A stretch of 64,000 nt of DNA. It comes from Candidatus Hydrogenedentota bacterium. GTDB taxonomy: Bacteria; Hydrogenedentota; Hydrogenedentia; Hydrogenedentales; SLHB01. The notes under the pieces are model-generated. The model made no database searches, was not told where the DNA came from, and saw only the letters and a program-made list of their open reading frames with translations. The stretch lies in contig CAVUWV010000014.1 of assembly GCA_963745075.1 (NCBI GenBank), forward strand, positions 34,900-98,899, given 5' to 3'. The translations under genes and the position numbers were made by a program. Below, in pieces: positions 1 through 9,509 of the stretch (its first letter is position 1; every line of letters starts with the position of its first letter).

Positions 1-1
1 C

Positions 2-1282
2 TATCCCACGGGCAAGAAGTGGAGTCAGTGCCGCAACGCCCTCGGGGAAACACGGTATGTGATCTGCAACGCGGACGAAGGCGACCCTGGTGCGTACATG
101 GACCGCAGTCTGCTCGAGGGGAACCCCCATTCCATTATCGAAGGGATGATCATCGGCGCTTTCGCGATTGGGGCCAGCCAAGGTTTTGTCTACGTGCGGA
201 AAGAGTACCCCCTGGCGGTGGTGAATACCGGGGTAGCCCTGCGCCAAGCGCAGGCGCTCAATCTTCTCGGTGAGAACATTCTGGGGACGGGATTCGATTT
301 CGACATCCAAGTCGTCCGCGGCGGGGGAGCATTTGTGTGCGGCGAATCGACCGCGCTGATGGCGTCGTTGGAAGGAAGGGTCGGCGAACCGCGCCCCAAA
401 GATATCCATACGGTTGAGCGCGGCTATTTGGGGCAACCGACGGTGCTGAACAATGTCGAAACGTGGGCCAATGTCCCGGCCATTATTCGCCACGGCGCGG
501 CGTGGTTTGCAGATCAGGGCACCGAGCAGAGTAAAGGAACCAAGATTTTCGCACTGACGGGCCAGGTGAAGAACACGGGGCTCATCGAAGTCGAGATGGG
601 CACGACCCTTCAGAAAATTATCTTCGACATCGGCGGCGGACCCAAGAACGGGCGCGAGATTAAGGCCGTTCAAACCGGTGGACCTTCGGGCGGTTGCTTG
701 CCGACGTCCCACTTTGACTTGCCCGTCGATTTCGACGCCCTATACGCGGCCGGCTCCATGATGGGGTCCGGCGGAATGGTTGTCATGGACGACTCGGCGT
801 GCATGGTGGACGTCGCCAAGTACTTCTTGAATTTTCTCCAGGACGAGTCGTGCGGAAAGTGTGTTCCGTGCCGGATCGGTGTAGGCCGGCTACTGGAAAT
901 CGTCACGGATATTTCCGAGGGACGGGGCACGCTGGAGCAACTCGAACTGCTGGAAGAACTGTCGTGGACGATCTCCGTCAGTTCGCTTTGCGCCTTGGGG
1001 AAGACTGCGCCGAATCCCGTGCTTTCCACATTGAAGTATTTCCGAGACGAGTACCTGGACCACATCGAGAACAAGCATTGCGCCGCGGGTGTGTGCCGCG
1101 CCCTGATTCGCTACTCCATTGAGGATCGGCTTTGCGACCGCTGTGGCAAGTGCATCACGAACTGTCCGCACAAGGCGATCAAAGGCGACAAGGAAAGCGG
1201 ATACACGATTGACGACGAATTGTGCAACCGATGCGGCATCTGCTCCGATGCCTGTGAACAGCACGCGATACCCGTACGATGA
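2..1282 (+). CDS. NuoF/HydB-like NADH-binding flavoprotein subunit, 5' end cut by window edge, with C-terminal 2x[4Fe-4S] ferredoxin domain
   Basis: Frame is open from base 2 ([46 protein letters not shown] = NuoF-family FMN/NADH/N3-cluster motifs). Tail has [12 protein letters not shown] and [11 protein letters not shown]. Confidence 0.9.
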   Translation, partial: YPTGKKWSQCRNALGETRYVICNADEGDPGAYMDRSLLEGNPHSIIEGMIIGAFAIGASQGFVYVRKEYPLAVVNTGVALRQAQALNLLGENILGTGFDFDIQVVRGGGAFVCGESTALMASLEGRVGEPRPKDIHTVERGYLGQPTVLNNVETWANVPAIIRHGAAWFADQGTEQSKGTKIFALTGQVKNTGLIEVEMGTTLQKIIFDIGGGPKNGREIKAVQTGGPSGGCLPTSHFDLPVDFDALYAAGSMMGSGGMVVMDDSACMVDVAKYFLNFLQDESCGKCVPCRIGVGRLLEIVTDISEGRGTLEQLELLEELSWTISVSSLCALGKTAPNPVLSTLKYFRDEYLDHIENKHCAAGVCRALIRYSIEDRLCDRCGKCITNCPHKAIKGDKESGYTIDDELCNRCGICSDACEQHAIPVR

Positions 1283-1292
1283 GGGATGAATT

Positions 1293-1934
1293 GTGTCAGA
1301 GCCGGTAACGATTGTCGTAGATGACGTGACCATCGAAACAACGCAAGGGGCGAACGTCCTTGAAGTCGCCCTCGAGGCGGGAGTCTGCATCCCGAATTTG
1401 TGTCATTTGCCGGAAGTGACACCCAGTGGGGCCTGTCGCGTCTGCCTCGTTGAGGTGGAGCGCAACGGACGAACGAAGATGACGGCCGCGTGCGCACTCG
1501 AAGCCAAGGACGGAATGGTCGTTCGGGCTCACACGGAAAACGTGGAACGGGCCCGGCGTAACATTGTCGAGTTGTTGTTGGCGGAAGCGCCGGAATCGGC
1601 GGTACTCCAAACCTTGGCCGAGCGGCTCTGCGTGGAAGAGGTCCATTACCCCGAACGCGAACGTGACTGCATTCTGTGCGGGCGTTGTGTAGCGACCTGC
1701 GCGGAGATCGCGAAAGAAGGGGCGTTGGGCATGATCGGTCGGGGCGCCAATCGCCACACCGGGCTGCCCTTCTACAAGGAGGAATACTGCTCGCAGTGTA
1801 ATGAATGTCATGACCGCTGCCCCATGGAAATCTCGCCCTCCGGAAGGAGCGGGGATAAATGCGGGGTCTGCGGCTCGGAATTGTCCGTGAACGAGGAGAT
1901 TCCGGAAATCTGTGAAGAGTGCGTGCTGGGGTGA
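1293..1934 (+). CDS. Iron-sulfur subunit, 2Fe-2S plus 4Fe-4S motifs (NuoG/HydA N-terminal-like)
   Basis: GTG start 10 nt after the upstream stop. Cluster motifs: CHLPEVTPSGACRVC (2Fe-2S pattern), CILCGRCVATC and CSQCNECHDRC. Cys-rich tail. Confidence 0.8.
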   Translation: MSEPVTIVVDDVTIETTQGANVLEVALEAGVCIPNLCHLPEVTPSGACRVCLVEVERNGRTKMTAACALEAKDGMVVRAHTENVERARRNIVELLLAEAPESAVLQTLAERLCVEEVHYPERERDCILCGRCVATCAEIAKEGALGMIGRGANRHTGLPFYKEEYCSQCNECHDRCPMEISPSGRSGDKCGVCGSELSVNEEIPEICEECVLG

Positions 1935-2022
1935 TTGGATTCTTTTTTGAGCACGCGTAGGGGGGGCTCTTGCCGCACATTTGTAAGCGGACGTTGGGGG
2001 CCGGAACAGGGAGTGTTAGACG

Positions 2023-3630
2023 GTGAATCTGCAAAGACCAAATTCAAACGACGTATCTCAAACCGAAAACCGATCGCTGAACGTAGTGCCTCAGTCGGGC
2101 CTCTGTACCCGGTGCATCGACGGGTGCAAGGGCAACTGCGAAGTGTTCAAGGCGACGTTCCGAGGGCGCGAAGTCATTTATCCCGGGCCGTTCGGCACGC
2201 TGACTGCCGGTGGGGACAAGGATTACCCGGTAGACTACTCCCACTTGAACATCCTGGGATATGCGTTCGGTGCCGATGGGCTTCCCGAAGGCGTCCCGGC
2301 TGATTCGGATCACGCCGTTTTCCCCAAGGTGAATACGGAGACCAGCTTCGGGTGCGAAAACAAGGTGAAGATGCGCGTGCCCGTTTTCACGGGTGCACTT
2401 GGTTCGACCGACATCGCCAAAAACAACTGGGGCCACTTCGCAGTCGGTGCGGCCATCAGTGGAATATCCCTGGTTTGTGGCGAGAACGTCTGCGGTATCG
2501 ACCCCGAGCTTGAACTGGACAGTCACGGCAAGGTCAAGAACGCGCCCGACATGAAACGCCGCGTGAACACCTATCGACGCTATCATGAAGACCCTTACGG
2601 GGACATCCTGGTACAAATGAACGTGGAAGACACGCGGTTTGGCGTGGCGGAGTACGTCATCGACCAACTCGGTGTAACGACCATGGAATTGAAGTGGGGG
2701 CAGGGCGCGAAATGCATCGGGGGAGAAATCAAGGTCAATACCCTCGAACGCGCGTTGGAACTTCAGAAGCGCGGCTACATCGTTACGCCCGATCCGTCCA
2801 ACCACGCCATCCAGGCCGCGTTTAAGGACGGCGCAATCAAGGAGTTCGAGCGCCATTCCCGGCTTGGCTTCATCGACCAGGAGACCTTCATGAAGGAGGT
2901 CGAGCGGCTCCGCGCCCTCGGGGCCAGGCGCGTCACGCTCAAGACGGGTGCGTATAGCATGCGCGAGTTGGCTATGGCCATTAAATGGTCGTCGGACGCG
3001 AAGATCGATCTGCTGACAATAGATGGCGCCGGTGGCGGAACGGGGATGAGCCCGTGGCGCATGATGGAAGAGTGGGGGATTCCCACGTTTTACCTCCAGT
3101 GCATGGCCAACGAGTTGTGCACGATGCTGAGCGAGAAAGGTGCGTACGTGCCGGATATCGCCATCGCCGGCGGATTCTCGACCGAAGATCACATTTTCAA
3201 AGTGCTCGCCATGGGAGCGCCTTACGCCAAGGCTGTCTGCATGGGACGCGCGCTGATGATCCCGGGAATGGTCGGCAAGAACATCGGTGAATGGATCGGC
3301 GCGAACAAACTCCCCAAATCCGTTTCGCCTTTCGGCCGAACCAAGGAAGAGATCTTTGTCTGTTACGAAGAGCTTCGCGCCCGCTACGGCGATGAAGTCG
3401 ATGAGTTCCCATTGGGCGCTATCGGCGTGTATAGCTTTGTGCAGAAACTCGAAATCGGGTTGCAGCAGCTCATGGCGGGTGCGCGGCGCTTCCGTCTCGA
3501 TACCATCTGCCGCAAAGACGTAACAGCGTTGACCGAGGATGCGGCGAAAGTCAGCGGCATCCCGTATGTCATGAACGCCTACCGCGAAGAGGCCCTGGCC
3601 GTAATGAACGGCAATGGCCTTGCGAGTTAG
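2023..3630 (+). CDS. Glutamate-synthase-related FMN-binding protein (GltB domain-2 type)
   Basis: N-terminal CTRCIDGCKGNC cluster. IDGAGGGTGMSP and AGGFSTEDH motifs are typical of the GltS FMN domain. 535-aa ORF co-oriented with the two upstream redox genes. Confidence 0.8.
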   Translation: MNLQRPNSNDVSQTENRSLNVVPQSGLCTRCIDGCKGNCEVFKATFRGREVIYPGPFGTLTAGGDKDYPVDYSHLNILGYAFGADGLPEGVPADSDHAVFPKVNTETSFGCENKVKMRVPVFTGALGSTDIAKNNWGHFAVGAAISGISLVCGENVCGIDPELELDSHGKVKNAPDMKRRVNTYRRYHEDPYGDILVQMNVEDTRFGVAEYVIDQLGVTTMELKWGQGAKCIGGEIKVNTLERALELQKRGYIVTPDPSNHAIQAAFKDGAIKEFERHSRLGFIDQETFMKEVERLRALGARRVTLKTGAYSMRELAMAIKWSSDAKIDLLTIDGAGGGTGMSPWRMMEEWGIPTFYLQCMANELCTMLSEKGAYVPDIAIAGGFSTEDHIFKVLAMGAPYAKAVCMGRALMIPGMVGKNIGEWIGANKLPKSVSPFGRTKEEIFVCYEELRARYGDEVDEFPLGAIGVYSFVQKLEIGLQQLMAGARRFRLDTICRKDVTALTEDAAKVSGIPYVMNAYREEALAVMNGNGLAS

Positions 3631-3746
3631 TCGGGGATCCGTTCAAATGATCAACGCCCACCGCCGGTATCGCAGCCGGTGGTGGGCGCAATTGATTGGA
3701 CCGGCGCTGATTGTACCCCTGTCTCGGCAGTCCGTCTGGATTTTCC

Positions 3747-4058
3747 CTATCCGGCAAGTTTCAGATATAGATCTTGGGTGTTGGACTTTCCGTCGCGGAT
3801 GACTTCGACGGAGATGTGGTAGAACCCCGGCGCCCGGTAGGTGTGCTTGTTTGGAAACCAGTTGGTTTCGATGGTGCCGTCGCCCCAATCCCAGCGGAAC
3901 GGGCCGTCCGGATCCTGGATGGTGACGCCGTTTACGGAGACCGTCAGCCCGTTTACTTCCGGTTGGAGCAAGGTGATGGGGATTTTATGGTTGGTAGTGG
4001 CACACCCCAGGAATACCGCGCACAACAACATCGACAAGGGATGGATCGCGATTCGCAT
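3747..4058 (-). CDS. Small lipoprotein with PKD-like domain
   Basis: Internal ATG at 4058 preceded by GGAGG. Signal/lipobox MRIAIHPLSMLLCAVFLGC. WDWGDGT..HTYRAPGFYHISV PKD signature. The upstream part of the 148-aa track ORF is Arg-rich and non-genic. Confidence 0.75.
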   Translation of the reverse strand: MRIAIHPLSMLLCAVFLGCATTNHKIPITLLQPEVNGLTVSVNGVTIQDPDGPFRWDWGDGTIETNWFPNKHTYRAPGFYHISVEVIRDGKSNTQDLYLKLAG

Positions 4059-4176
4059 TCTCGTGTTCCTCCGATGGCCGTGCCCCTTTCTCCGCGATAC
4101 TACGTGATTGTGGCGAATGAAGCGAAATCCGGTTCGTGGACCAGTTGCTTCTGCGGTTATGCAAATCCGCCGGTAT

Positions 4177-4929
4177 CTACTTACCACCCGCAAGATCGAT
4201 AAATGTGCCGGTTGCGTACGACGCTTCTTCCGACAACAGCCAGAGGATTGCGTGAGCTACTTCTTCCGGCTGACCGCCGCGCTTCATGGGGATAGCGTCT
4301 TTAATACGGTCCACACGACCGGGTTCGCCGCCGCTTGCGTGAATGTCGGTGTAGATGAACGCCGGTCGGACGGCGTTGACGCGAATGCCCTCGACCGCGA
4401 CCTCCTGGGAGAGGCCAATGGTGAACGTATCGATGGCACCTTTGGAAGCCGCGTAGTCAACATACTCGCCCGCGGATCCGAGACGGGAAGCGGCTGAAGA
4501 TACGTTGACAATCGCTCCGCCATGACCGCCGTGTCGGGTCGACATGCGCCGGATTGCTTCGCGGGCACACAGGATACTTCCCGTAACGTTCGCCGCGAAG
4601 ATTCGGTTTAAACGCGCGGCGTTCATGTCTTCCACGCGCATTTGCGTTTCGAGGATACCGGCGTTGTTGACCAGGGCCGTGACGAGTCCCAGTTTTTCGT
4701 CCACCGTATTGAACAAGTCGACGACCTCGGACTCGACCGCGACATTTGCCGCGACGGCGATGGCCGTGCCGCCCCTGGATGTGATCTCCGACACGACTGC
4801 ATTCGCAGCGTCCCGGCGCTTCACGTAGTTTACGCACACCGCATACCCACGTGCCGCGGCCAGGCGAGCCGTCGCCGCACCGATGCCGCGACTGCCCCCG
4901 GTAATGACAATGACTTTATGTTCTTGCAA
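4177..4929 (-). CDS. SDR-family oxidoreductase
   Basis: TGGSRGIG Rossmann motif, NNAG, and YAASKGA catalytic Y-x3-K. Probable TTG start at 4929 after GGAG (the track ORF extends to 5031). Confidence 0.85.
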   Translation of the reverse strand: MQEHKVIVITGGSRGIGAATARLAAARGYAVCVNYVKRRDAANAVVSEITSRGGTAIAVAANVAVESEVVDLFNTVDEKLGLVTALVNNAGILETQMRVEDMNAARLNRIFAANVTGSILCAREAIRRMSTRHGGHGGAIVNVSSAASRLGSAGEYVDYAASKGAIDTFTIGLSQEVAVEGIRVNAVRPAFIYTDIHASGGEPGRVDRIKDAIPMKRGGQPEEVAHAILWLLSEEASYATGTFIDLAGGK

Positions 4930-5119
4930 TGGGATACTCCTAGCGTTGTGAAGCGGCAATAGTAACTTCGAGCCGGTCTTCAATTCGAGCGGGCCGGAAT
5001 GAACTCCTTTCTTCGGTATTCGGCGACGCATTTTAAGAACAGCTTAAATCGGTGTACCGTAGACGACGGTGAACACAGTTTGGAAAACTGCAATCAATCT
5101 TTCAAAGGAGCCAATAACA

Positions 5120-6400
5120 ATGTCTGAATCCCATACCATGACGCGCAGGAGTATATTGGCCGCGGGAGTGGCTTCGGTGGTGGCGCCGGCGATTCTTCGT
5201 GGGGCGGAGCCGACGAGTGACCCCGTGCGCGTGGGCCATATCGGCTGCGGGACGCGCGGCTGGAATCTGACCAAATATACGGGAAGCATTGCGGACGCGA
5301 AGGTGGTCGCGGTATGCGACGTGTATGAGCCGCACCGGCAACGGGGGTTCGAGGCGGGAAATAATCCCGATGCCAAGCGCTACGAGAAGTACGAAGACCT
5401 GCTCGCCGACCCGAATGTGGAAGCGGTGATCATCGCGGTGCCGGATCATTCGCACGAACCGCTGGTGGTGGCCGCAGCGAACGCCGGGAAGGCCGTGTAC
5501 TGCGAAAAGGGTTGGACGCGGTCCATCGAAGCGGCGAAACACATGCGCGAGGTCATTCGAAAACAGAAGACGGTGTTTCAGCTTGGCCACCAAGGGCGTC
5601 AGCACCCCGCAACCGCCGCCGCGGCTGAGTTGTTGCGCGATGGGCGGATTGGTCCCATCACGCTGATCAAGACTGGGCGTTATTTCAACGGCACCCTGGA
5701 ACGCGCACCCTGGCGGTGGTACGGCAACTACTCCTGGTACGACCGCCCCGACCCGAAGGAAGTGATCAAGAAACTCGACTGGGACAGGTGGCTCGGGTCG
5801 GCGCCGAAGATCGAGTTCAACGAGCGTCACTTCTGGCACTGGCGCTGCTATTGGCCGTACGGCACGGGTCAGGCCGGCGACTTGTTGTCCCACGAAATGG
5901 ACCACGTCCAGTGCGTACTGGGTTGGGGCATCCCGGACACCTGCCGGTGCACGGGCCAGCTCACGTATTACAAAGACGACCGCGATGTGCCGGACAATTG
6001 GTTGGCGGCCTACACCTTTGAGAAACAGAACTGTACGGTTACCTTCGAGGGCTGCATGAATTCCAACCGCTGTCAGGCCCCGGAGTACATCGGCAAGGAC
6101 GGGCGCCTCGTATTCGACGGCATCGGCCAGGACGCCGCGAATTACAACATCTTCGATGACAAGCCCGCGTATCCTTTCAAAGGCGGCACGACCGAACCCG
6201 TCGAAAGCTTTGATCCATCGAAGGCCCCGCATTGGCCCACGCACATGCAGGACTTCCTCCAATGCGTACGCACCGGGGGCCGCCCCAAATGCAACGAGGA
6301 CGAAGCCTTTATCGAAGCCGCGACGCTCCTCATGAGCGTGGAGTCATACAGGCAAAAGCGCGAAGTGCGTTGGGACCCGGTGGGGGAGAGGATTGTATAG
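5120..6400 (+). CDS. Gfo/Idh/MocA-family oxidoreductase with twin-arginine signal
   Basis: AGGAG RBS then ATG at 5120. MTRRSILAAGVASVVAPAILRG TAT-like leader. VGHIGCGTRG Rossmann motif and EKG motif. Confidence 0.85.
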   Translation: MSESHTMTRRSILAAGVASVVAPAILRGAEPTSDPVRVGHIGCGTRGWNLTKYTGSIADAKVVAVCDVYEPHRQRGFEAGNNPDAKRYEKYEDLLADPNVEAVIIAVPDHSHEPLVVAAANAGKAVYCEKGWTRSIEAAKHMREVIRKQKTVFQLGHQGRQHPATAAAAELLRDGRIGPITLIKTGRYFNGTLERAPWRWYGNYSWYDRPDPKEVIKKLDWDRWLGSAPKIEFNERHFWHWRCYWPYGTGQAGDLLSHEMDHVQCVLGWGIPDTCRCTGQLTYYKDDRDVPDNWLAAYTFEKQNCTVTFEGCMNSNRCQAPEYIGKDGRLVFDGIGQDAANYNIFDDKPAYPFKGGTTEPVESFDPSKAPHWPTHMQDFLQCVRTGGRPKCNEDEAFIEAATLLMSVESYRQKREVRWDPVGERIV

Positions 6401-6533
6401 CCGGTCGAATTGTCCTGACAACGTGGTGCGTCGGTGTAAGACTCACGCTTTCCGGTTGACAATATAGCTCCCCGGGCAAATTTTGGCGGGTGGGGAGAAT
6501 TACCCCGCCGCTACGCGCAATGAGGGACCAAAC

Positions 6534-7631
6534 ATGCCCAATCAACACGACCGCGATTGGAAGACGCCCTTCCGGATTCTGGCAACCATGAGTTTGATCC
6601 TGGCCATTCTCTCGTGCCCGCTCTTCTGGGTCGGACTCTGGATCGCATTGGGATATGTACCGAAGCCGGTGTCGGCCCTTCTCGCGAACCTGCCGCTTAT
6701 GGGGACCGTATCGTTGGGCATGGCCCTCTCCGCTATCGTGGCTGGTCACATGGCCGTCGCCATGAGTAGACGCGCCTCGAGAGTCCGTGGGAGGGTGTGG
6801 CATATCCGGTTCATAATCTTCCTGGGTTACGTGAACGTCGCCCTGATCGGTCTTGTCGCATTTGCCTACTTCAACAAGGGCCGCCCGAATGCGGACATGG
6901 TGGCCTGTGAAGGGAATCTCAGGCAGATGCAAACCGTGCTCCGCGAATACCGGGAGGCGAACCCAGGTAGATTCCCGCCGATGTCCCCGCGGCCCGGCGT
7001 GTTGATGTTCACGCCGGAAGCGATCCCACCGGAACGCTTCCCGAACCGCTTCTCCAAAGGGCTCCCGTTTACGTGTCCGACGATTCGCTCCGCTAGGACA
7101 CTTTGGATCACCCCAACCCCGGACAATACCGAGAGCGCGTACGATGATCAGAGCTACTTCTACCTGGGTTATGCCGTGTTCAACGACGACGATGTCGAGG
7201 CGTTTGCGAAGGCATATCGCAAGCGAATCGCGGAAGGTGGAACGTTTGACGATGACCTGATAGTGGAAGATGGCAACGGAACGCGGGTTCTCCACCGGCT
7301 GTCCGATCCGGTGCTCGTCCAGTATTGGGTCACCCATCAGGAAGATAAACTTCCGCATGTAACGAATCCGATTGAAGCGTTTGCGCCCTCGCTTGAGGGC
7401 AATCAAGTGGTGGCTTACCAAACCGTCGGCGTGGCTCCCACGGACGACGTTCCCCTCCTCATCGAGCGCGACCGGGACCACGTGTATACGGACTGGGGAC
7501 CGCCCGCTCCTCGTGGCGCCCACGTCCTCTACGCGTATCACGGCGTTCAGTTCATCGAGCGCGGCACCTGGCCCATGACGGAAAAGACGCAGCGCATCCT
7601 CGCGGAACTTGCCGAGTTGGAGGCGCCGTAG
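6534..7631 (+). CDS. Polytopic membrane protein with DUF1559-like motif, function unknown
   Basis: GAGGG RBS then ATG at 6534. Three or four hydrophobic helices, then CEGNLRQMQTVLREY resembling the DUF1559 / prepilin-like motif. The antisense 441-aa ORF is Arg/Pro-rich. Confidence 0.7.
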   Translation: MPNQHDRDWKTPFRILATMSLILAILSCPLFWVGLWIALGYVPKPVSALLANLPLMGTVSLGMALSAIVAGHMAVAMSRRASRVRGRVWHIRFIIFLGYVNVALIGLVAFAYFNKGRPNADMVACEGNLRQMQTVLREYREANPGRFPPMSPRPGVLMFTPEAIPPERFPNRFSKGLPFTCPTIRSARTLWITPTPDNTESAYDDQSYFYLGYAVFNDDDVEAFAKAYRKRIAEGGTFDDDLIVEDGNGTRVLHRLSDPVLVQYWVTHQEDKLPHVTNPIEAFAPSLEGNQVVAYQTVGVAPTDDVPLLIERDRDHVYTDWGPPAPRGAHVLYAYHGVQFIERGTWPMTEKTQRILAELAELEAP

Positions 7632-7701
7632 AGTGGGTCGTGCGCTTGGAAACATATGAGCAGAGGTGTAAGAGGAGATTGGATGCGGCCCGCGGTTTAC
7701 G

Positions 7702-8007
7702 CTACACGTTGTTATCCGCGATGGGCAGCCTCAATTCTCGGGCTGCGTGATGCACGGTTAGAATCTGAGCTTCGCCGGGCTGAAGTCTGTAGATGATCCG
7801 ATAATTTCCCAGAATGATTTCTCGAAAGGAAGGATCGCTCACTTCAGGAACGATACGTCCTGATTCGGGGAAGTCTGCCAAGCGATCCACGGCATCGAAT
7901 GCTCGTTCCGCGAATACGGAAGCAATAGGCGGTGCGTCGCGAGCGATGAATAGGCAGATGGCCTCCAGATCATCCAGGGCTTGCGGTGTCCACTTTACTG
8001 CAGCCAT
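7702..8007 (-). CDS. Type II toxin, ParE/RelE family
   Basis: WTPQALDDLEAI..FPESGRIVPE..REIILGNYRIIYRL..ILTVHHAAR is the canonical ParE/RelE pattern. Overlaps the upstream antitoxin gene. Confidence 0.9.
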   Translation of the reverse strand: MAAVKWTPQALDDLEAICLFIARDAPPIASVFAERAFDAVDRLADFPESGRIVPEVSDPSFREIILGNYRIIYRLQPGEAQILTVHHAARELRLPIADNNV

Positions 8008-8177
8008 TTCGCCATACGCTGACGTGCCTCGTCCTGGCTGATCAGCCGGCCGGCATCAGCCTGCTCGACGCCCTTATCAATCTTGTAGAGCAGATAGAGG
8101 CGTTCCAAAGCGTCCGCGACGTTCGCGTCCTCGGGCAAGTCTTCGATGGCCTTCAACATCTGTTGCTTTGTATGCAC
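7995..8177 (-). CDS. Cognate antitoxin (small, uncharacterised family)
   Basis: GAGGAA RBS plus GTG at 8177 (alternative ATG at 8159). 54-60 aa ending RLISQDEARQRMAKWLQ. 13-nt overlap with the toxin start. The rest of the 131-aa track ORF looks non-genic. Confidence 0.75.
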   Translation of the reverse strand: MHTKQQMLKAIEDLPEDANVADALERLYLLYKIDKGVEQADAGRLISQDEARQRMAKWLQ

Positions 8178-8272
8178 AGTGCATTCCTCACGTGGTTGCA
8201 GAGCAAGCTTAGCAGGCCGCCCTTCGGATCGGCAACATGGTACAGGTTGCGGGTCTCGGCCTGAAACCAACG

Positions 8273-8590
8273 TCACGTCAGGCGAACGGGCACGACATCT
8301 CGCGTCCACGGATACGCGTCGTGAATCTCTCGAGCGGCCGTGTCTTCGGAATCGTAGATGCTGGCTCCCCCCGAATACTCCATCCAGCACAGCGCGTATT
8401 GGTCATTGCTGAAATACTCGGAACGACTCCCAAATGTGCCGTCCGGATTCGCTATCAAGAAGATTCGTAACGTGCGATCGGTACTTGTCCAACGCGCTAA
8501 AGGCCTTTTGCCGTTTGCAAAGTTGGGCCAGTCGTCGCAACGCGGTTGACTTGACCCCAAGCCCTTTTTCTTTCCGAACGGCCAAAACAT
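8273..8590 (-). CDS. Hypothetical small protein (105 aa)
   Basis: ORF co-oriented between the two TA pairs. Balanced amino-acid composition and no recognisable motif. Confidence 0.55.
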   Translation of the reverse strand: MFWPFGKKKGLGSSQPRCDDWPNFANGKRPLARWTSTDRTLRIFLIANPDGTFGSRSEYFSNDQYALCWMEYSGGASIYDSEDTAAREIHDAYPWTRDVVPVRLT

Positions 8591-8643
8591 TTTACAAGTC
8601 CAATTCGGTTACCGACTAACGTCGCAAGCCTAAAATGGATTGA

Positions 8644-8967
8644 CTAACAATAGTCCTCGGGTTGGAGTCCCTGGTGCCGGATCTCCTCATCAGAAGCGGG
8701 AGTAAACTCAGAGAATCCATGCCGACCGCACGCGGTACAACAGTCTTTCTCACTGCACGTCGCTGATGCACGAACGTTGTGCATATCGAGGAATACGGTA
8801 CCGTCTTCGCAGCAGATTGCCACAAGCCGAGAACATCCCGGGCAAATACGAAGAACTAGCGACTCGCCCTGTTCACAGACCGGGCAGATCGCCTTGAGGG
8901 TCCAAATCGGTCTATCGATCTCCACGGTCTCATGCCTCTCGAACATACGCTGCCGCCGGTTCGCCAC
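8644..8967 (-). CDS. Cys-rich (zinc-ribbon-like) hypothetical protein (107 aa)
   Basis: CPVC..CPGC..CC..CC.AC arrangement. Starts 12 nt after the brnA stop. Confidence 0.6.
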   Translation of the reverse strand: MANRRQRMFERHETVEIDRPIWTLKAICPVCEQGESLVLRICPGCSRLVAICCEDGTVFLDMHNVRASATCSEKDCCTACGRHGFSEFTPASDEEIRHQGLQPEDYC

Positions 8968-8979
8968 GAGGAGCTGCGT

Positions 8980-9231
8980 TCAGGAGGCGTCTAGTTTCTC
9001 GCTGACCCACTCCTTGAGAACGTCCGTGTCCGTCATACCCCTGCTCTGGGCGATTCTGTGTAGCGCGTCGGCTTCTTTGTGGTCAAGAGAGACCTGCACG
9101 ACGATCCGGTCTTCGCGATCGAATACGGTCTCTGCAATCTCCAGCAATTCGTCTTCGAAATCAGTGATGTCGTGCGTGTCCCAGAACCGGGCCATTTCCT
9201 CAACTGCGTCCGTCTGTGGAATTTGTGTCAT
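8980..9231 (-). CDS. brnA: BrnA-type antitoxin
   Basis: EEMARFWDTHDITDF N-terminal motif plus a C-terminal RHH-like segment (ALHRIAQSRGMTDTDVLKEWVSEKL). 4-nt overlap with brnT. Confidence 0.85.
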   Translation of the reverse strand: MTQIPQTDAVEEMARFWDTHDITDFEDELLEIAETVFDREDRIVVQVSLDHKEADALHRIAQSRGMTDTDVLKEWVSEKLDAS

Positions 9232-9509
9232 CTCTTCCTCTGTTTGAATCGCCTTTTCTCGGCGTCCGTCATCGGTCGTGCCGTGACCGGATACCCGTTG
9301 CCTTTAGGAAATTGTATCACAACGCAGAAAAGATACTGCCCTGCGATGGTCCGTCCAAGGACGTAATAGACTGGATTCCGGTCTTCGGATCGGGCACGCA
9401 GCACGAGCGGATGGCCGAAGCAGACCTCCTCGACATCGTGTGGCCGGATGCCGTGTTTCGCGATATGCTCAACGCGATCTTGTGGCCCTATCAACTCACG
9501 GATCACCAT
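9228..9509 (-). CDS. brnT: BrnT-type (DUF497) toxin
   Basis: Internal ATG at 9509. HIAKHGIRPHDVEEV...YPVTARPMTDAEKRRFKQ matches the BrnT pattern. Toxin-first order, as in BrnTA modules. Confidence 0.8.
   Translation of the reverse strand: MVIRELIGPQDRVEHIAKHGIRPHDVEEVCFGHPLVLRARSEDRNPVYYVLGRTIAGQYLFCVVIQFPKGNGYPVTARPMTDAEKRRFKQRKR

Noticed and set aside
1111-2034. 307-aa ORF on the minus strand
   Set aside because: It is antisense to the two FeS genes, which carry unmistakable cluster motifs. Its translation is Arg/Pro-rich low complexity.
5102-6262. 386-aa minus-strand ORF; similar long antisense ORFs at 2044-3192, 43119-44153, 49067-50107, 51135-52187 and 60178-61137
   Set aside because: Each mirrors a motif-supported gene on the other strand. 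All show the Arg/Pro/Gly/His bias of GC-rich shadow frames.
6330-7655. 441-aa ORF on the minus strand
   Set aside because: It is antisense to the membrane-protein ORF 6534..7631. It is Arg/Pro/His/Gly-rich with no hydrophobic core or motif, which is typical of a shadow ORF in GC-rich DNA. The plus-strand ORF has an RBS and TM helices.
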